Under the pieces are notes generated by a model that was not told the origin of the DNA, ran no database searches, and worked only from the letters and a program-made list of their open reading frames with translations. Below, one piece after another: positions 20,043 through 28,779 of a stretch of DNA of 64,000 nucleotides. A program made the position numbers and the translations under genes. The number at the start of each line of letters is the position of its first letter. Position 1 is the first letter of the stretch. The DNA comes from an uncultured Acidimicrobiia bacterium (GTDB lineage Bacteria > Actinomycetota > Acidimicrobiia > Spongiisociales > ZC4RG35): contig CAVYYV010000004.1 of NCBI GenBank assembly GCA_963772815.1, forward strand, positions 15,418-79,417, in the 5' to 3' direction.

Positions 20043-20492
20043 TCATGGTTCTGGAGTGTGGTTGTGGCGATGGTAATCGATGCGTCGTTTCCGGGCTTGT
20101 GCGAGTCCTTTCTTGCGGGCGGCGCGGACGGCGGGTCCTTGGCCGCGGTGTTCTTGGTCGGGGGTGACGTAGCCGATGCCGGCGTGGAGTCGCACCCCGT
20201 TGTAGTGGCGACGGCGGATCTCGAGTTCTTTACGGAGCACGTCGATGTCTTCGATCAGGTCGAGGTGGGGGAACTCGCCTTTGAGGTGCCCGAAGAACGA
20301 TTCGATCCACGCCTGGTCGGTGGGGGTTCCGGGCCGCCCGTAGTGGGTGGCCAGCCAGCACAGGGCCATGAACTCTCGGCTCGATCCTGACGTCATTTGG
20401 GGTCCGTTGTCTGACATGACCAACAGCACCGGCAGCCGCTCGTCTGCGGGGTCGTAAGGCTGGGATCCGTCGGGGCTGCGTTCCTCGATCAC
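20043..20492 (-). pseudogene. Truncated IS transposase OrfB (rve/DDE integrase core lacking first catalytic Asp region)
   Basis: 'VLLVMSDNGPQMTS...YGRPGTPTDQAWIESFFGHLKGE...YNGVRLHAGIGYVTPDQ' is an rve-domain C-terminal two-thirds. Only ~35 aa precede the DNG motif, so the N-terminal catalytic region is deleted. In frame with orfA after a TAA stop. Confidence 0.65.
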
Positions 20493-20519
20493 GTCGAGGA
20501 GTTCTTCGTCTCTGAGGCC

Positions 20520-20864
20520 TTAGGTGAAAGCGGTCTGCACCTGGATCGAGGTTTCCTCGGTGGAGGTGACATCGGAGATCCATTTGCGGGACACCACGTC
20601 GGTGATCACCACCGAAGCCTCCGCCTCCGCCCGGGCCTCGGCCAGCTCGAAATCTCTCTCCCGCTTGCCGGGACGGGAACGAGCCAGGGCGTCCAATGCC
20701 CCCTGACGGGCCACGTCACGCAGCTTCGAAATGGTGGAACGATCCACCCCGGAGCGGTCAGCCGCCTCGCCTATCGTGGTCTCACCCTTGACCAGCTGCA
20801 TCCAGATCTCGTACTTCTCCTGCGGCGCCAAGAACCGCTTCTTCTTCCTCGGTGGGGTACTCAA
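20520..20864 (-). CDS. IS transposase OrfA (HTH + coiled-coil)
   Basis: 'KKKRFLAPQEKYEIWMQLVKGETTIGEAADRSGVDRSTISKLRD' matches an IS3-type OrfA HTH. Confidence 0.65.
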   Translation of the reverse strand: MSTPPRKKKRFLAPQEKYEIWMQLVKGETTIGEAADRSGVDRSTISKLRDVARQGALDALARSRPGKRERDFELAEARAEAEASVVITDVVSRKWISDVTSTEETSIQVQTAFT

Positions 20865-21071
20865 GCAAGCCTCCTTCAGGCTCAGCCCAGAACCCTCCCA
20901 TGCTGGCTGAATCCCACCCGGAATAGCGACACGAAATCAGCCCCACGACACTCGGGGGTGGCGGAGGAGTTGGGGGCGGTGGCGGTGGAGCGGGCTGAGG
21001 GTTTGGCGGCTTCGTACCGGTCTCGTAACGGGGGATGGTAAGACTCTTGCGGTGTGGTGAGGTAGGTCTGA

Positions 21072-22244
21072 TTGATGCGGCGTCGCTGGATGTTGGCTCC
21101 ATGGGTATGGAGCGGAGTAGTCGTTGTTGCAGGTGCGGTCTCTATGGCTGCCGGTGGGCATGACTCCTTCGGCGTGGGGTTCAGTCTGGTTTTCGTGGGG
21201 ATCCTCCTGGCGTACGCCGTCCTGGCGTCTCTGATCGCTGTAAAACAACCGGGAAACGGGATCGCCTGGCTCCTCTTGATCACGGGGGTCTTCCTCTTCG
21301 TCCAGGTCACTACGACAGGGTCGTTGGCGACTTGGCCGCTGCCCGGGTCGCGATCTGCCTGGTACTTCACGTATATGGGGGTCTACAGCTTCGTGGGTTT
21401 GTTCTTCTTCTATCCGCTGAGCCTTCTCTTCTTCATCTTTCCCACCGGCGATTTCCTCACCAGGCACTGGAGGTGGCCGGTGTGGATCGGTGCGGTCTCC
21501 GGCCCCCTATCGGTCTTTATCTTGGTGTTCTCGGACAGGGTTGGACCCCTGTATGGGTCCTGGAAGATCACAAATCCGATCGGGTTCCTTCCCGCCCAGC
21601 TCTTCGACTCGGTTCTGGTGGTCATCGCGGCCACCATCCAGTTGGTGGCAATCGGCGGCGTGGTCGCCTTGGTGGTGCGGTTCCGACGGTCGTCCGAGGT
21701 CGTCCGCGCTCAGGTCAAATGGGTGGTCTTTGCCGGTGTGCTGATCGTTCCCCTGTTCGTCATCGTCGCGGTTGCTGAGGATTCATCGACGCTGTTTGGG
21801 TTGGCGTTCCTGGCCGTGCTTTTGTTGATACCCGTGGCGATCACGGTGGCGATCAGCCGCTACCGGCTGTTCGAGATCGACCGGATCATCTCCCGCACGG
21901 TGGGTTACGGCCTGGTTGTGGCCGCCCTCAGTCTTGTCTACGTGGTGGGAGCGGTGTGGCTTCCCACCAGGATCATGGGGGAGCAGCCCCAGTTGTTCGT
22001 GGCCGGGTCGACTCTGGTGGTGGCGGCATTGTTCAACCCGGTGCGGAGACGGGTGTTGTCCTGGGTGGATCGTCGCTTCAACCGGTCCCAATACGACGCC
22101 CAACAGGTAATCGACAGGTTCGCTGACCGCCTCCAGGACGGGCTGGATGTGAGCCAGTTGACCGCCGAGTCGGTGGAGGTGGTTGCCGAGGTCATGCAAC
22201 CGGACATGGTCGGCGTTTGGGTGCAGAGCCAAGCGACTGAATAG
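21072..22244 (+). CDS. Polytopic membrane protein, paralog of 18627..19829
   Basis: See the paralog. The same conserved C-terminal cytoplasmic block is present. Confidence 0.75.
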   Translation: MMRRRWMLAPWVWSGVVVVAGAVSMAAGGHDSFGVGFSLVFVGILLAYAVLASLIAVKQPGNGIAWLLLITGVFLFVQVTTTGSLATWPLPGSRSAWYFTYMGVYSFVGLFFFYPLSLLFFIFPTGDFLTRHWRWPVWIGAVSGPLSVFILVFSDRVGPLYGSWKITNPIGFLPAQLFDSVLVVIAATIQLVAIGGVVALVVRFRRSSEVVRAQVKWVVFAGVLIVPLFVIVAVAEDSSTLFGLAFLAVLLLIPVAITVAISRYRLFEIDRIISRTVGYGLVVAALSLVYVVGAVWLPTRIMGEQPQLFVAGSTLVVAALFNPVRRRVLSWVDRRFNRSQYDAQQVIDRFADRLQDGLDVSQLTAESVEVVAEVMQPDMVGVWVQSQATE

Positions 22245-23171
22245 CGAGAATGCCGATAGTGGGGAATGCCACTCGTGCCCGGTCGACGCTTTCCGTCACT
22301 GGCCGTCGGTGGCGGTGCGGATCCTCACCCGTATGCGCCCGCCGGTTGATCCGTCGGCTGCTCTGGCCGCTCTCGTGAGCTGACCCGGTTCATGCATTCT
22401 CGCCCGCATAACGGGCGACACGTTGACCGCTCATCCTCTTCGTTTGAAGGCTGGACCTGCCATCCGCCGCTCCAGCCCAGAGGCCCGGCAACGCCTTCGT
22501 GGAGTAGAGGTGCACGTGGTCGACCCGGCGGACACTCCCTCCCTCACCACCATGTTGGGCCCGACGCCGACTCACCCGGTTCAACACCTGGGGGTCGTAG
22601 TCCGCTACCGCTACGTACACGGTCTCCAACGGCCGGGAGGTATCGGGCCAGGCGCTCCAGGGTCTTCTGAGCCTTCGCTTCGGTGCAGTCCTGGTGCTGC
22701 CACGATCTACACGGCTTGGTGCACCAGCGCCGTTGCCGCCGTGGCCTGGTTGACCAACACCAACCAGAAGGGGCACTGCTTGGCCCGCACCGGGACGTCG
22801 GTCCAGGCCCTCCCAGGCGGTGTGCTCGGAGACGATTTCAGGTAGGTCGTGCAGGTCCATGGGGCCTCCAGGAGATGGAGGCGCTCACGGCGCTCAGCGG
22901 TGGCGAGAGGGCGGTCATCAGCCCAGATCCAGGTCAATGACGAGGGGAATCGTCAATCGGAATAGGGGTTTCTGGGGGGAGAGGTTTGAAAAGGGACGCT
23001 GAGGCTCCTCCGACCCAATCAGGCCGCGCAGAGCATCGTAATAGACGGGTCAATAGCGCAAGCTGACCTGGTGAACCGGGTCTGGATCGCCACGGTCCTG
23101 GCTCCTCGGCAGCGACCCGACCTGGTCTGAGGAGACCGCTTGGTATCGCGGGGAGCGATACTCTGGCGGCA

Positions 23172-24263
23172 ATGCCCCGAGAGCAGCGTGCGTTTCTGTG
23201 TGTCGCGGACATCACCGGATATACCGGATATCTGAACGTCTCCGAACTCGAACATGCACACGGAACCCTTACGGACCTGCTGGAACTCCTGGTCGATCGT
23301 GCCGGTCCGCCGATGAGGATCTCGAAGCTGGAGGGAGATGCTGTGTTCTCGTATGCGTTCGAAGACGCTTTCACCGACGGTCGGACGTTTCTCGATCTGG
23401 TCGAGGGCACCTATGTGGCGTTTCGTCGAGCCATCGACTCGATGGTCCTCAACAACACCTGTCAGTGCAATGCGTGTGCCAATGTGTCCTCGCTCGATCT
23501 CAAGTTTGTAATCCATTTCGGCTCGTTCCTGGTTCAGCGAATCGGAACCTACGACGAGCTGTTGGGACCCGATGTCAACCTGGTGCACCGGCTACTGAAG
23601 AACACAGTCACCGAGCGGCTGGGGCTGCGGGCATATTGCCTCTATACGAGTTCGGCTTGGGATCAGCTGGGGTTGCGGGAGGTGACCACCCTGGCGGCAC
23701 ATGGCGAAGATGTGGCGGATTTCGGTTTCGTGGAGACCTACGTACAGGACCTGGGCGATGTGTACCGCCCAGGCGACGAAGCCGGGATCACCCTCGACGA
23801 TTCAGACGTGTGGTTTTCCCTCGAAGCCGACCTCCCGATGAGCCCGGCGGTGGTGTGGGACTATATGTCCTCGCCCGTGTTTCGCAACATCCTGATAGGG
23901 AGCCAGAGGCAGGAGGTCAAAGACCTGGTCGGGGGACGAATCGGAGTAGGCAGCGCTTATCAGTGCTACCACGGCAACCGGCTCACGCCTCAGCGGATCA
24001 TCGAGTGGAAACCGTTCACCAAGATCGTGACCGAGGACGGGACCTCCGACTCGTTGATGGGAATCACCCTCGTTGTGTATCACCTGGAGCAGACATCGTC
24101 GGGCACGCATCTGAGGACCGACCTAGGCGGAACGGGCCGGCCCGGCTGGATGCGTGCGATTTTCAAGGCGGCAGGCTTCGTCTTCAAGAAGAGACAGAAG
24201 AGTGCTCTCAACGACTTCGTCGATGCGATCGTCGCAGATCACACCCGCCGTTCCGAGTCCTGA
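23172..24263 (+). CDS. DUF2652 (nucleotide-cyclase-like) domain protein fused to a SRPBCC/START-like ligand-binding domain
   Basis: N-terminal 'AFLCVADITGYTGYL...ISKLEGDAVFSYAF' is cyclase-fold-like. C-terminal ~150 aa resembles polyketide-cyclase/SRPBCC. The alternative frame 23198..24313 is Arg-rich junk. Confidence 0.7.
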   Translation: MPREQRAFLCVADITGYTGYLNVSELEHAHGTLTDLLELLVDRAGPPMRISKLEGDAVFSYAFEDAFTDGRTFLDLVEGTYVAFRRAIDSMVLNNTCQCNACANVSSLDLKFVIHFGSFLVQRIGTYDELLGPDVNLVHRLLKNTVTERLGLRAYCLYTSSAWDQLGLREVTTLAAHGEDVADFGFVETYVQDLGDVYRPGDEAGITLDDSDVWFSLEADLPMSPAVVWDYMSSPVFRNILIGSQRQEVKDLVGGRIGVGSAYQCYHGNRLTPQRIIEWKPFTKIVTEDGTSDSLMGITLVVYHLEQTSSGTHLRTDLGGTGRPGWMRAIFKAAGFVFKKRQKSALNDFVDAIVADHTRRSES

Positions 24264-24360
24264 ACCACTTCAGCGGTCAAGCCGTAACCAAGTCAACGCC
24301 TGTCGTCCCATAACCTTCAACTGGACAGGCGATGACCGCCGATCTGAAGGGCGGGCCGGG

Positions 24361-24520
24361 AACACCTGTGTTGGGGCGTTGAAGCGTTTCGGACTTCTCC
24401 GTTTCCCTCGAGCCGAACGACGACCGGGGGTCTGATCTGGTTTGGTGCCGAGTACCCGACCCATCGGAACCCCCTCAGATGGCACAGCTCTATCCACTCC
24501 AACACGTTCTAGTTCGGCTT
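24361..24520 (+). repeat. Degenerate copy of dispersed repeat family (ends CAACACGTTCTAGTTCGG)
   Basis: 'ccctcgagcc...gggggtctgatctggtttggtgccg...ctccaacacgttctagttcgg'. Confidence 0.45.
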
Positions 24521-25053
24521 CTTCGACTTAGGTATGCTGCGCTTCTAGATCGTGCGCGGTCGCAACGGGTTAGTTGCGACTCAGCATCCGAGCTGATTGC
24601 CATGGTGGTCGCTGATTGAGACCGAAGATGCGCCCCATACGAGCGTCTTCGTTCCCCTCAAAGGTGAAGAGCATCGATTGCGGGTCGTATTCTCGATTAC
24701 CGGTGAGCATCCGAGACCGCGGTGACGGTCTTCGATCGGGGACTACCGGATTGCGTTGCCTACGCAGCCGTGTATGGGTCGACACCGAACCAGCCATCGA
24801 AGCTGCGGCAGCGAACCGTTACCACGGCCGCGTGTTCGCCGCCCCTCCGTGCGAGGACATTACACAAACGACGACATGCGGCGAGCGACCTTAGGACAGG
24901 CCGAGGCGACGACGACTAGTGGACCAAGGGCTGGTGAGGTCGGCGGGTCGGTCGCTCGGCCCGGTTGCGGCTCCTGACTCTGAAGGGCTTGCGACACGGG
25001 CGATCGGCCATGAGACTCGGCGCCGGCCCGTAGAAAGCGTCTGGTTGGAGGTC

Positions 25054-26046
25054 GTGGTGCGTGCGGCGTGGTACGAACGTCAAGGTCCTGCCCATGAGGT
25101 CGTCGAGGTGGGGGAGATGCCCGAGCCTCATGCCGGTCCCGGCGAAGTCCGGGTCCATCTGGCGACCTCGGGGGTCAACCCGTCAGACGTGAAACGCCGC
25201 GGCGGATGGCGCGGTCAGCAGATGCCCTTCGACCGGATCGTGCCTCACAGCGACGGAGCCGGAGTGATCGACGAGGTCGGCGACGGTGTCGGCTCGGCGA
25301 GGATGGGTGAACGGGTCTGGGTCTACAACGCACAGTGGAAGAGGCCCTTCGGCACGGGCGCCGAGTACGTGGCGCTTCCCGCGGCCCAGGCGGTCCACCT
25401 GCCCGATGGGTCCGGGTTCCCTGCCGGAGCGTGTCTCGGGATTCCCGGGATGACCGCTCACCGGTGCGTCTTCGCAGATGGCGCCGTCGAGGACAAGACC
25501 GTCCTCGTCACTGGAGGAGCCGGGAGCGTCGGCTTCTACGCCGTTCAATTGGCCAAGTGGGGCGGGGCGACCGTGATCACCACGGTGAGCAGCGGGGCCA
25601 AGGCCGAGGTTGCCGCATCCGCGGGAGCCGACCACGTTCTCAATTACCGGGAGGACGACGTGGCCGGCCGCATCATGGAGATCAGCGACGGCGCGGGCGT
25701 AGACCACATCGTCGAGGTGGACTTCGGCGCCAACCTGCCGGTGGGCGACGCGGTCCTCAAGCGGCACGGAGTCATTGTCACGTACGCCTCCATGAGCAAG
25801 CCGCAGCCCGTTCTTCCCTTCTACTCCCTCATGGTGCGGAACGTGCTGATCCGCTTCGTGTTCGTCTACGAGGAGCCGCCGGCCGAGCTGGCGCGGGCGA
25901 CCCGGGATATCGACACCTGTCTCGAAGAAGGGTTCCTCCGGCACCTCATCGCCGAACGCTTTCCCCTCGGAGAGACTGCAGCGGCTCACGTCGCCGTCGA
26001 GAGCGGTCGCCTCATCGGCAACGCGGTGATCGACGTCGGTTCGTGA
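25054..26046 (+). CDS. NADPH:quinone oxidoreductase / zinc-independent MDR family (Qor-like)
   Basis: 'VLVTGGAGSVGFYAVQLAKWGGATVITT' Rossmann motif. Qor-like N-terminus 'GEVRVHLATSGVNPSDV'. Start assumed at GTG ~25054. Confidence 0.8.
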   Translation: MVRAAWYERQGPAHEVVEVGEMPEPHAGPGEVRVHLATSGVNPSDVKRRGGWRGQQMPFDRIVPHSDGAGVIDEVGDGVGSARMGERVWVYNAQWKRPFGTGAEYVALPAAQAVHLPDGSGFPAGACLGIPGMTAHRCVFADGAVEDKTVLVTGGAGSVGFYAVQLAKWGGATVITTVSSGAKAEVAASAGADHVLNYREDDVAGRIMEISDGAGVDHIVEVDFGANLPVGDAVLKRHGVIVTYASMSKPQPVLPFYSLMVRNVLIRFVFVYEEPPAELARATRDIDTCLEEGFLRHLIAERFPLGETAAAHVAVESGRLIGNAVIDVGS

Positions 26047-26060
26047 CCCCGGCCGCTTCC

Positions 26061-26545
26061 TCAGGTTCGGCCTGTGGCCCCGAACCGCTTGAGGGTGAGC
26101 GTCTCTCCGACCTCGACCCCGAGGTTCCGTGCGTCGGCGATCTCGAGGACAGCCGACGCCAGTGCCAGGTCCTGGAGGCCGGTTCCGGTGGACTTGAACA
26201 GGGTGAGTTGCTCGGGCGCGGTCCGGCCGGGGTGCAGCCCGGCCACCAGCGAGCCGAGAGACCGGGATCGATCCGGGTCCAACCCCCGCTCGACCGCGGC
26301 CACGGCGTCACCGGCCTGTTCGTAGCCGAGCTCGACGGAGTCGCAGACGATGGGATCGAAGCAGTCGACGAAGCGGGCATCGACCACGTCGCGCATCTCG
26401 TCGATGAACTCGGACCGGTTGGCCGCGTTGCGTGAGAAGACGCGGATCTCCTCGACTGGCCGAACGGCCTGCAGGGCAGGCAGTTGGGACCGAGCCACGG
26501 ATCCGGTGCCGATGACGGCGACTCGCTCGAGGGCCGACAAAGGTG
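26061..26545 (-). pseudogene. Truncated inverted duplicate of the 3' half of the ornithine cyclodeaminase/mu-crystallin gene at 35683..36675 (~99% identical, with a 168-bp in-frame internal deletion)
   Basis: Protein of ORF 26061..26540 equals residues ~115-331 of the 35683..36675 product, minus 'STVDEAV...GRFDL' (56 aa). Nucleotide identity is visible, e.g. 'ctcaccctcaagcggttcggggccacaggccgaacctga' at both loci. Confidence 0.7.
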
Positions 26546-26574
26546 CACGACAAGTCTGATCAGCCCACGTGCGG

Positions 26575-27361
26575 CATCACTGCTTCGGCCCACAACTGAG
26601 CGACCTCTTCCCACGCATACTCGGGAGGAGTCACGAGGAAGCTCTCCAGTCCGATCGAGCGGAGTTCGCGGGACGCGGTCGATGCAATCACCTGGTGTAC
26701 CGGAAATAGTGAATCTGTGCACGAGGTAGTCGGATATCAGCTCGACCGGGACCCGTTCTTCTAGGGGCCGGCTGATGTCGAACGCCTCCATGAGGCGCCG
26801 GACTCCTTCGCGCTCGGCCTCCGGTACCGACTCGAGCGACAGCCGGAAGTTGTGATGGGCTCGGTTGGCGATGCGGCGGCGGGCGAGCTTACGAGCGGTC
26901 TCGCCGTCCTCCGACACATAGATGATGCCGGCTGCCATGAGATGGATCGACTCCGGGTCCCGACCTGCCTCCGCAGCACCCTTGGCGATGCGTTGACGAG
27001 CGGACTCGATCACGTCGCGGTCGAATCCGCTCCCCAGCATCACGCCATCGGCGACCCGGTCCGCCGCCTCGAGGCCTCTGGGCCCGTCCACCGCGAAGTA
27101 GATCGGCACCGTGGTGTCACCGGCCGAGTAGCGAAGACCAACCGGACCGACTGCCGACTCCACCGTGCCACCGGTGAGCAACGCGTGGATCGTCTTCGTC
27201 GCCTGCTCCATGTCAGCAAGCCGGGTCGGCTTGCGACCGAACGTGTACGTGCTGGCATCGCCGGTTCCGATGCCCAGGACGAAGCGACCTCCCGTGATCT
27301 GGTTGGCCGTGGCCGCCTGCCCCGCCAGCAGCGTCGGGTCACGAAAGACCACGTTGGTCAC
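26575..27361 (-). CDS. LLM-class F420-dependent oxidoreductase, 3'-truncated by the duplicated cyclodeaminase fragment (probable pseudogene)
   Basis: 'FVLGIGTGDASTY...' LLM family. Recognisable sequence stops near '...FTISGTPGDCIDRV', after which ORF 26012..27361 reads the duplicated segment out of frame. Confidence 0.65.
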
Positions 27362-27882
27362 CGCGGTGCCCAGAGTGATGCGACTGGTGACGAATCGAGC
27401 AGCGGTGATGAGCTGAAACGGGTCGAGGACCGAGATCTGACCATCTGCGACGAACAGCCCCGAGTAGTCCTACTCCTCCGTCAGTCGAACCCTGGAGAGG
27501 AACGGCTCGAAATCCGTCGACGACGCGTGTAGATAGAACTTGGTCATCGACTCCTCGCCACCGAGATGGATCGAGAGAAAATCCTAACGCCGGAGTAGGA
27601 CATGTGGCGATGGAAACGCCATCTACCACAGGCGAGATCGCGCGACTGGAGGAGCACCGTCAAACGGGGTCAAATCGGAAACCTCCTGAGCCCGTCGACC
27701 CGGGGAGGCCCGCCGTTGTCATCCCACACGCGACATCTGGATCCACCGGGGGGGTACGGTCGGGTCCGATTCGTGCCGGCCTATATGAGGCAGGCGACGG
27801 ACCGTGCGTCGGTCAGTGCCTGATGGATAGGGGCTTGTCTGCTCGGATTTGACCGGTTGAGCCCGCGGAGCATTATGGCAGA

Positions 27883-28377
27883 GTGCTCGAGCGTCTCTTT
27901 CCCCCGGACCGCCCACCGACGGGCTGGCGTCGTCTCCTCCTAGGCTCGCCGGTCTACCTATGTCGGATCGGACTCGGCCGCCTGTTCGGTCATCGACTGT
28001 TGGTGATCACCCACCGGGGACGGCACCCAGGACGCATCTACCGGACCCCGGTTGAGGTTGCCAGATACGACTCGGCCACCGAAGAGGCGATAGTGCCCTC
28101 GGGGTGGGGACCACAGGCGGACTGGTACCGCAACATCCAGGCATCGCCCGCCACCGAGATCTGGCTTGCCGGGCGCCGCTTCCGCCCCCAACAGCGGTTC
28201 CTCTCTGAGTCCGAGGCGGCGGCCGTGATGGCGGATTACGCCCGGCGCCATCCGCGGGGAGCGCGCGAGCTGACACGCTGGATGCTGGGCCGTCGGTACG
28301 ACAGCGCCCACCAAGTCGGGGACGCGCTCGCCGCCAAGGTCCCTTTCGTCGGTTTCCGGCCCCCCTCGCCACCTTGA
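27883..28377 (+). CDS. Deazaflavin (F420H2)-dependent nitroreductase family protein, paralog 2
   Basis: 'VITHRGRHPGRIYRTPVEVARYD...ADWYRNIQASPATEIW' parallels 13520..14032. Confidence 0.8.
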   Translation: MLERLFPPDRPPTGWRRLLLGSPVYLCRIGLGRLFGHRLLVITHRGRHPGRIYRTPVEVARYDSATEEAIVPSGWGPQADWYRNIQASPATEIWLAGRRFRPQQRFLSESEAAAVMADYARRHPRGARELTRWMLGRRYDSAHQVGDALAAKVPFVGFRPPSPP

Positions 28378-28484
28378 CCCCGGTTCTACAGCTCATCGGT
28401 GGTGCACTGAAATTCGGGTTGAGCCTAGGCGACCTACGCAGCTGGATGGACCAGTTCTAGGTGGGCGACCGCTCCCTTTCCAAC

Positions 28485-28610
28485 GCTCGATAGAACGTGG
28501 TTGGGACGGAAGAGCCGGGTAGCACGGGCGAAATCGCGTGATTGCGGGAGCACCGTTGAACGGGCGTCATACCCGCCCTGGCTCCCGGCATCCGACCAAA
28601 GTAGGACCTG
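28485..28610 (-). repeat. Inverted-orientation copy of the dispersed ~125-bp repeat family
   Basis: Reverse complement reads 'ccgggagccagggcgggtatgacgcccgttcaacgg...cccaaccacgttctatcgagcg', collinear with 13330-13432. Confidence 0.55.
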
Positions 28611-28779
28611 TTGGGGGGGATTGGGCAATGGCCTGAGGCGAATCGATGAATGACCGAAGGCGCTTTCAGACACCTGTCGAGCGTTGTCGATAGAGTGCGC
28701 CAGGCACCGCGACCTCGAAGCTTGAGCGGTTGCAGAGCTTGAAGACAAAAGCTGAGGTCGTCGAGGGCCACAGAGATAT

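Larger units (their letters stand above)
19991..20950 (-). mobile_element. IS3-family-like insertion sequence remnant (~960 bp, internal deletion removing the N-terminal part of the DDE transposase), imperfect ~45-bp terminal inverted repeats, 4-bp target duplication CTCG
   Basis: Ends 'TGAGGTGTGTCTGATTTAATGTCGCACGTTCCGG...' (19991-) and '...CCGGAATAGCGACACGAAATCAGCCCCACGACA' (-20950) are inverted repeats beginning TG/ending CA. Both are flanked by CTCG (19987-19990, 20951-20954). Confidence 0.7.
19830..21047 (+). pseudogene. XRE-family HTH gene (copy 2) split by an IS insertion: 5' part 19830-19990, 3' part 20951-21047; also carries a 1-bp deletion relative to copy 1
   Basis: 19850-19970 is ~88% identical to 18420-18540. 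Sequence after the IS ('ggtggcggaggagttgggggcggtggcggtggag') continues the homology to copy 1 ('ggtggccgaggagttgcgggcggtggcggtggag'). Confidence 0.5.

Noticed and set aside
20043-20864. Intact two-ORF IS3 transposase with programmed -1 frameshift
   Set aside because: orfA and the orfB remnant are in the same frame, separated by a TAA. The first catalytic Asp region of the DDE domain is missing. This is a deletion derivative, not a slippery-site arrangement.
22390-22860. 156-aa minus-strand ORF as a real gene
   Set aside because: No recognisable motifs. It overlaps a plus-strand ORF of equal quality. Kept only as a possible decayed remnant.
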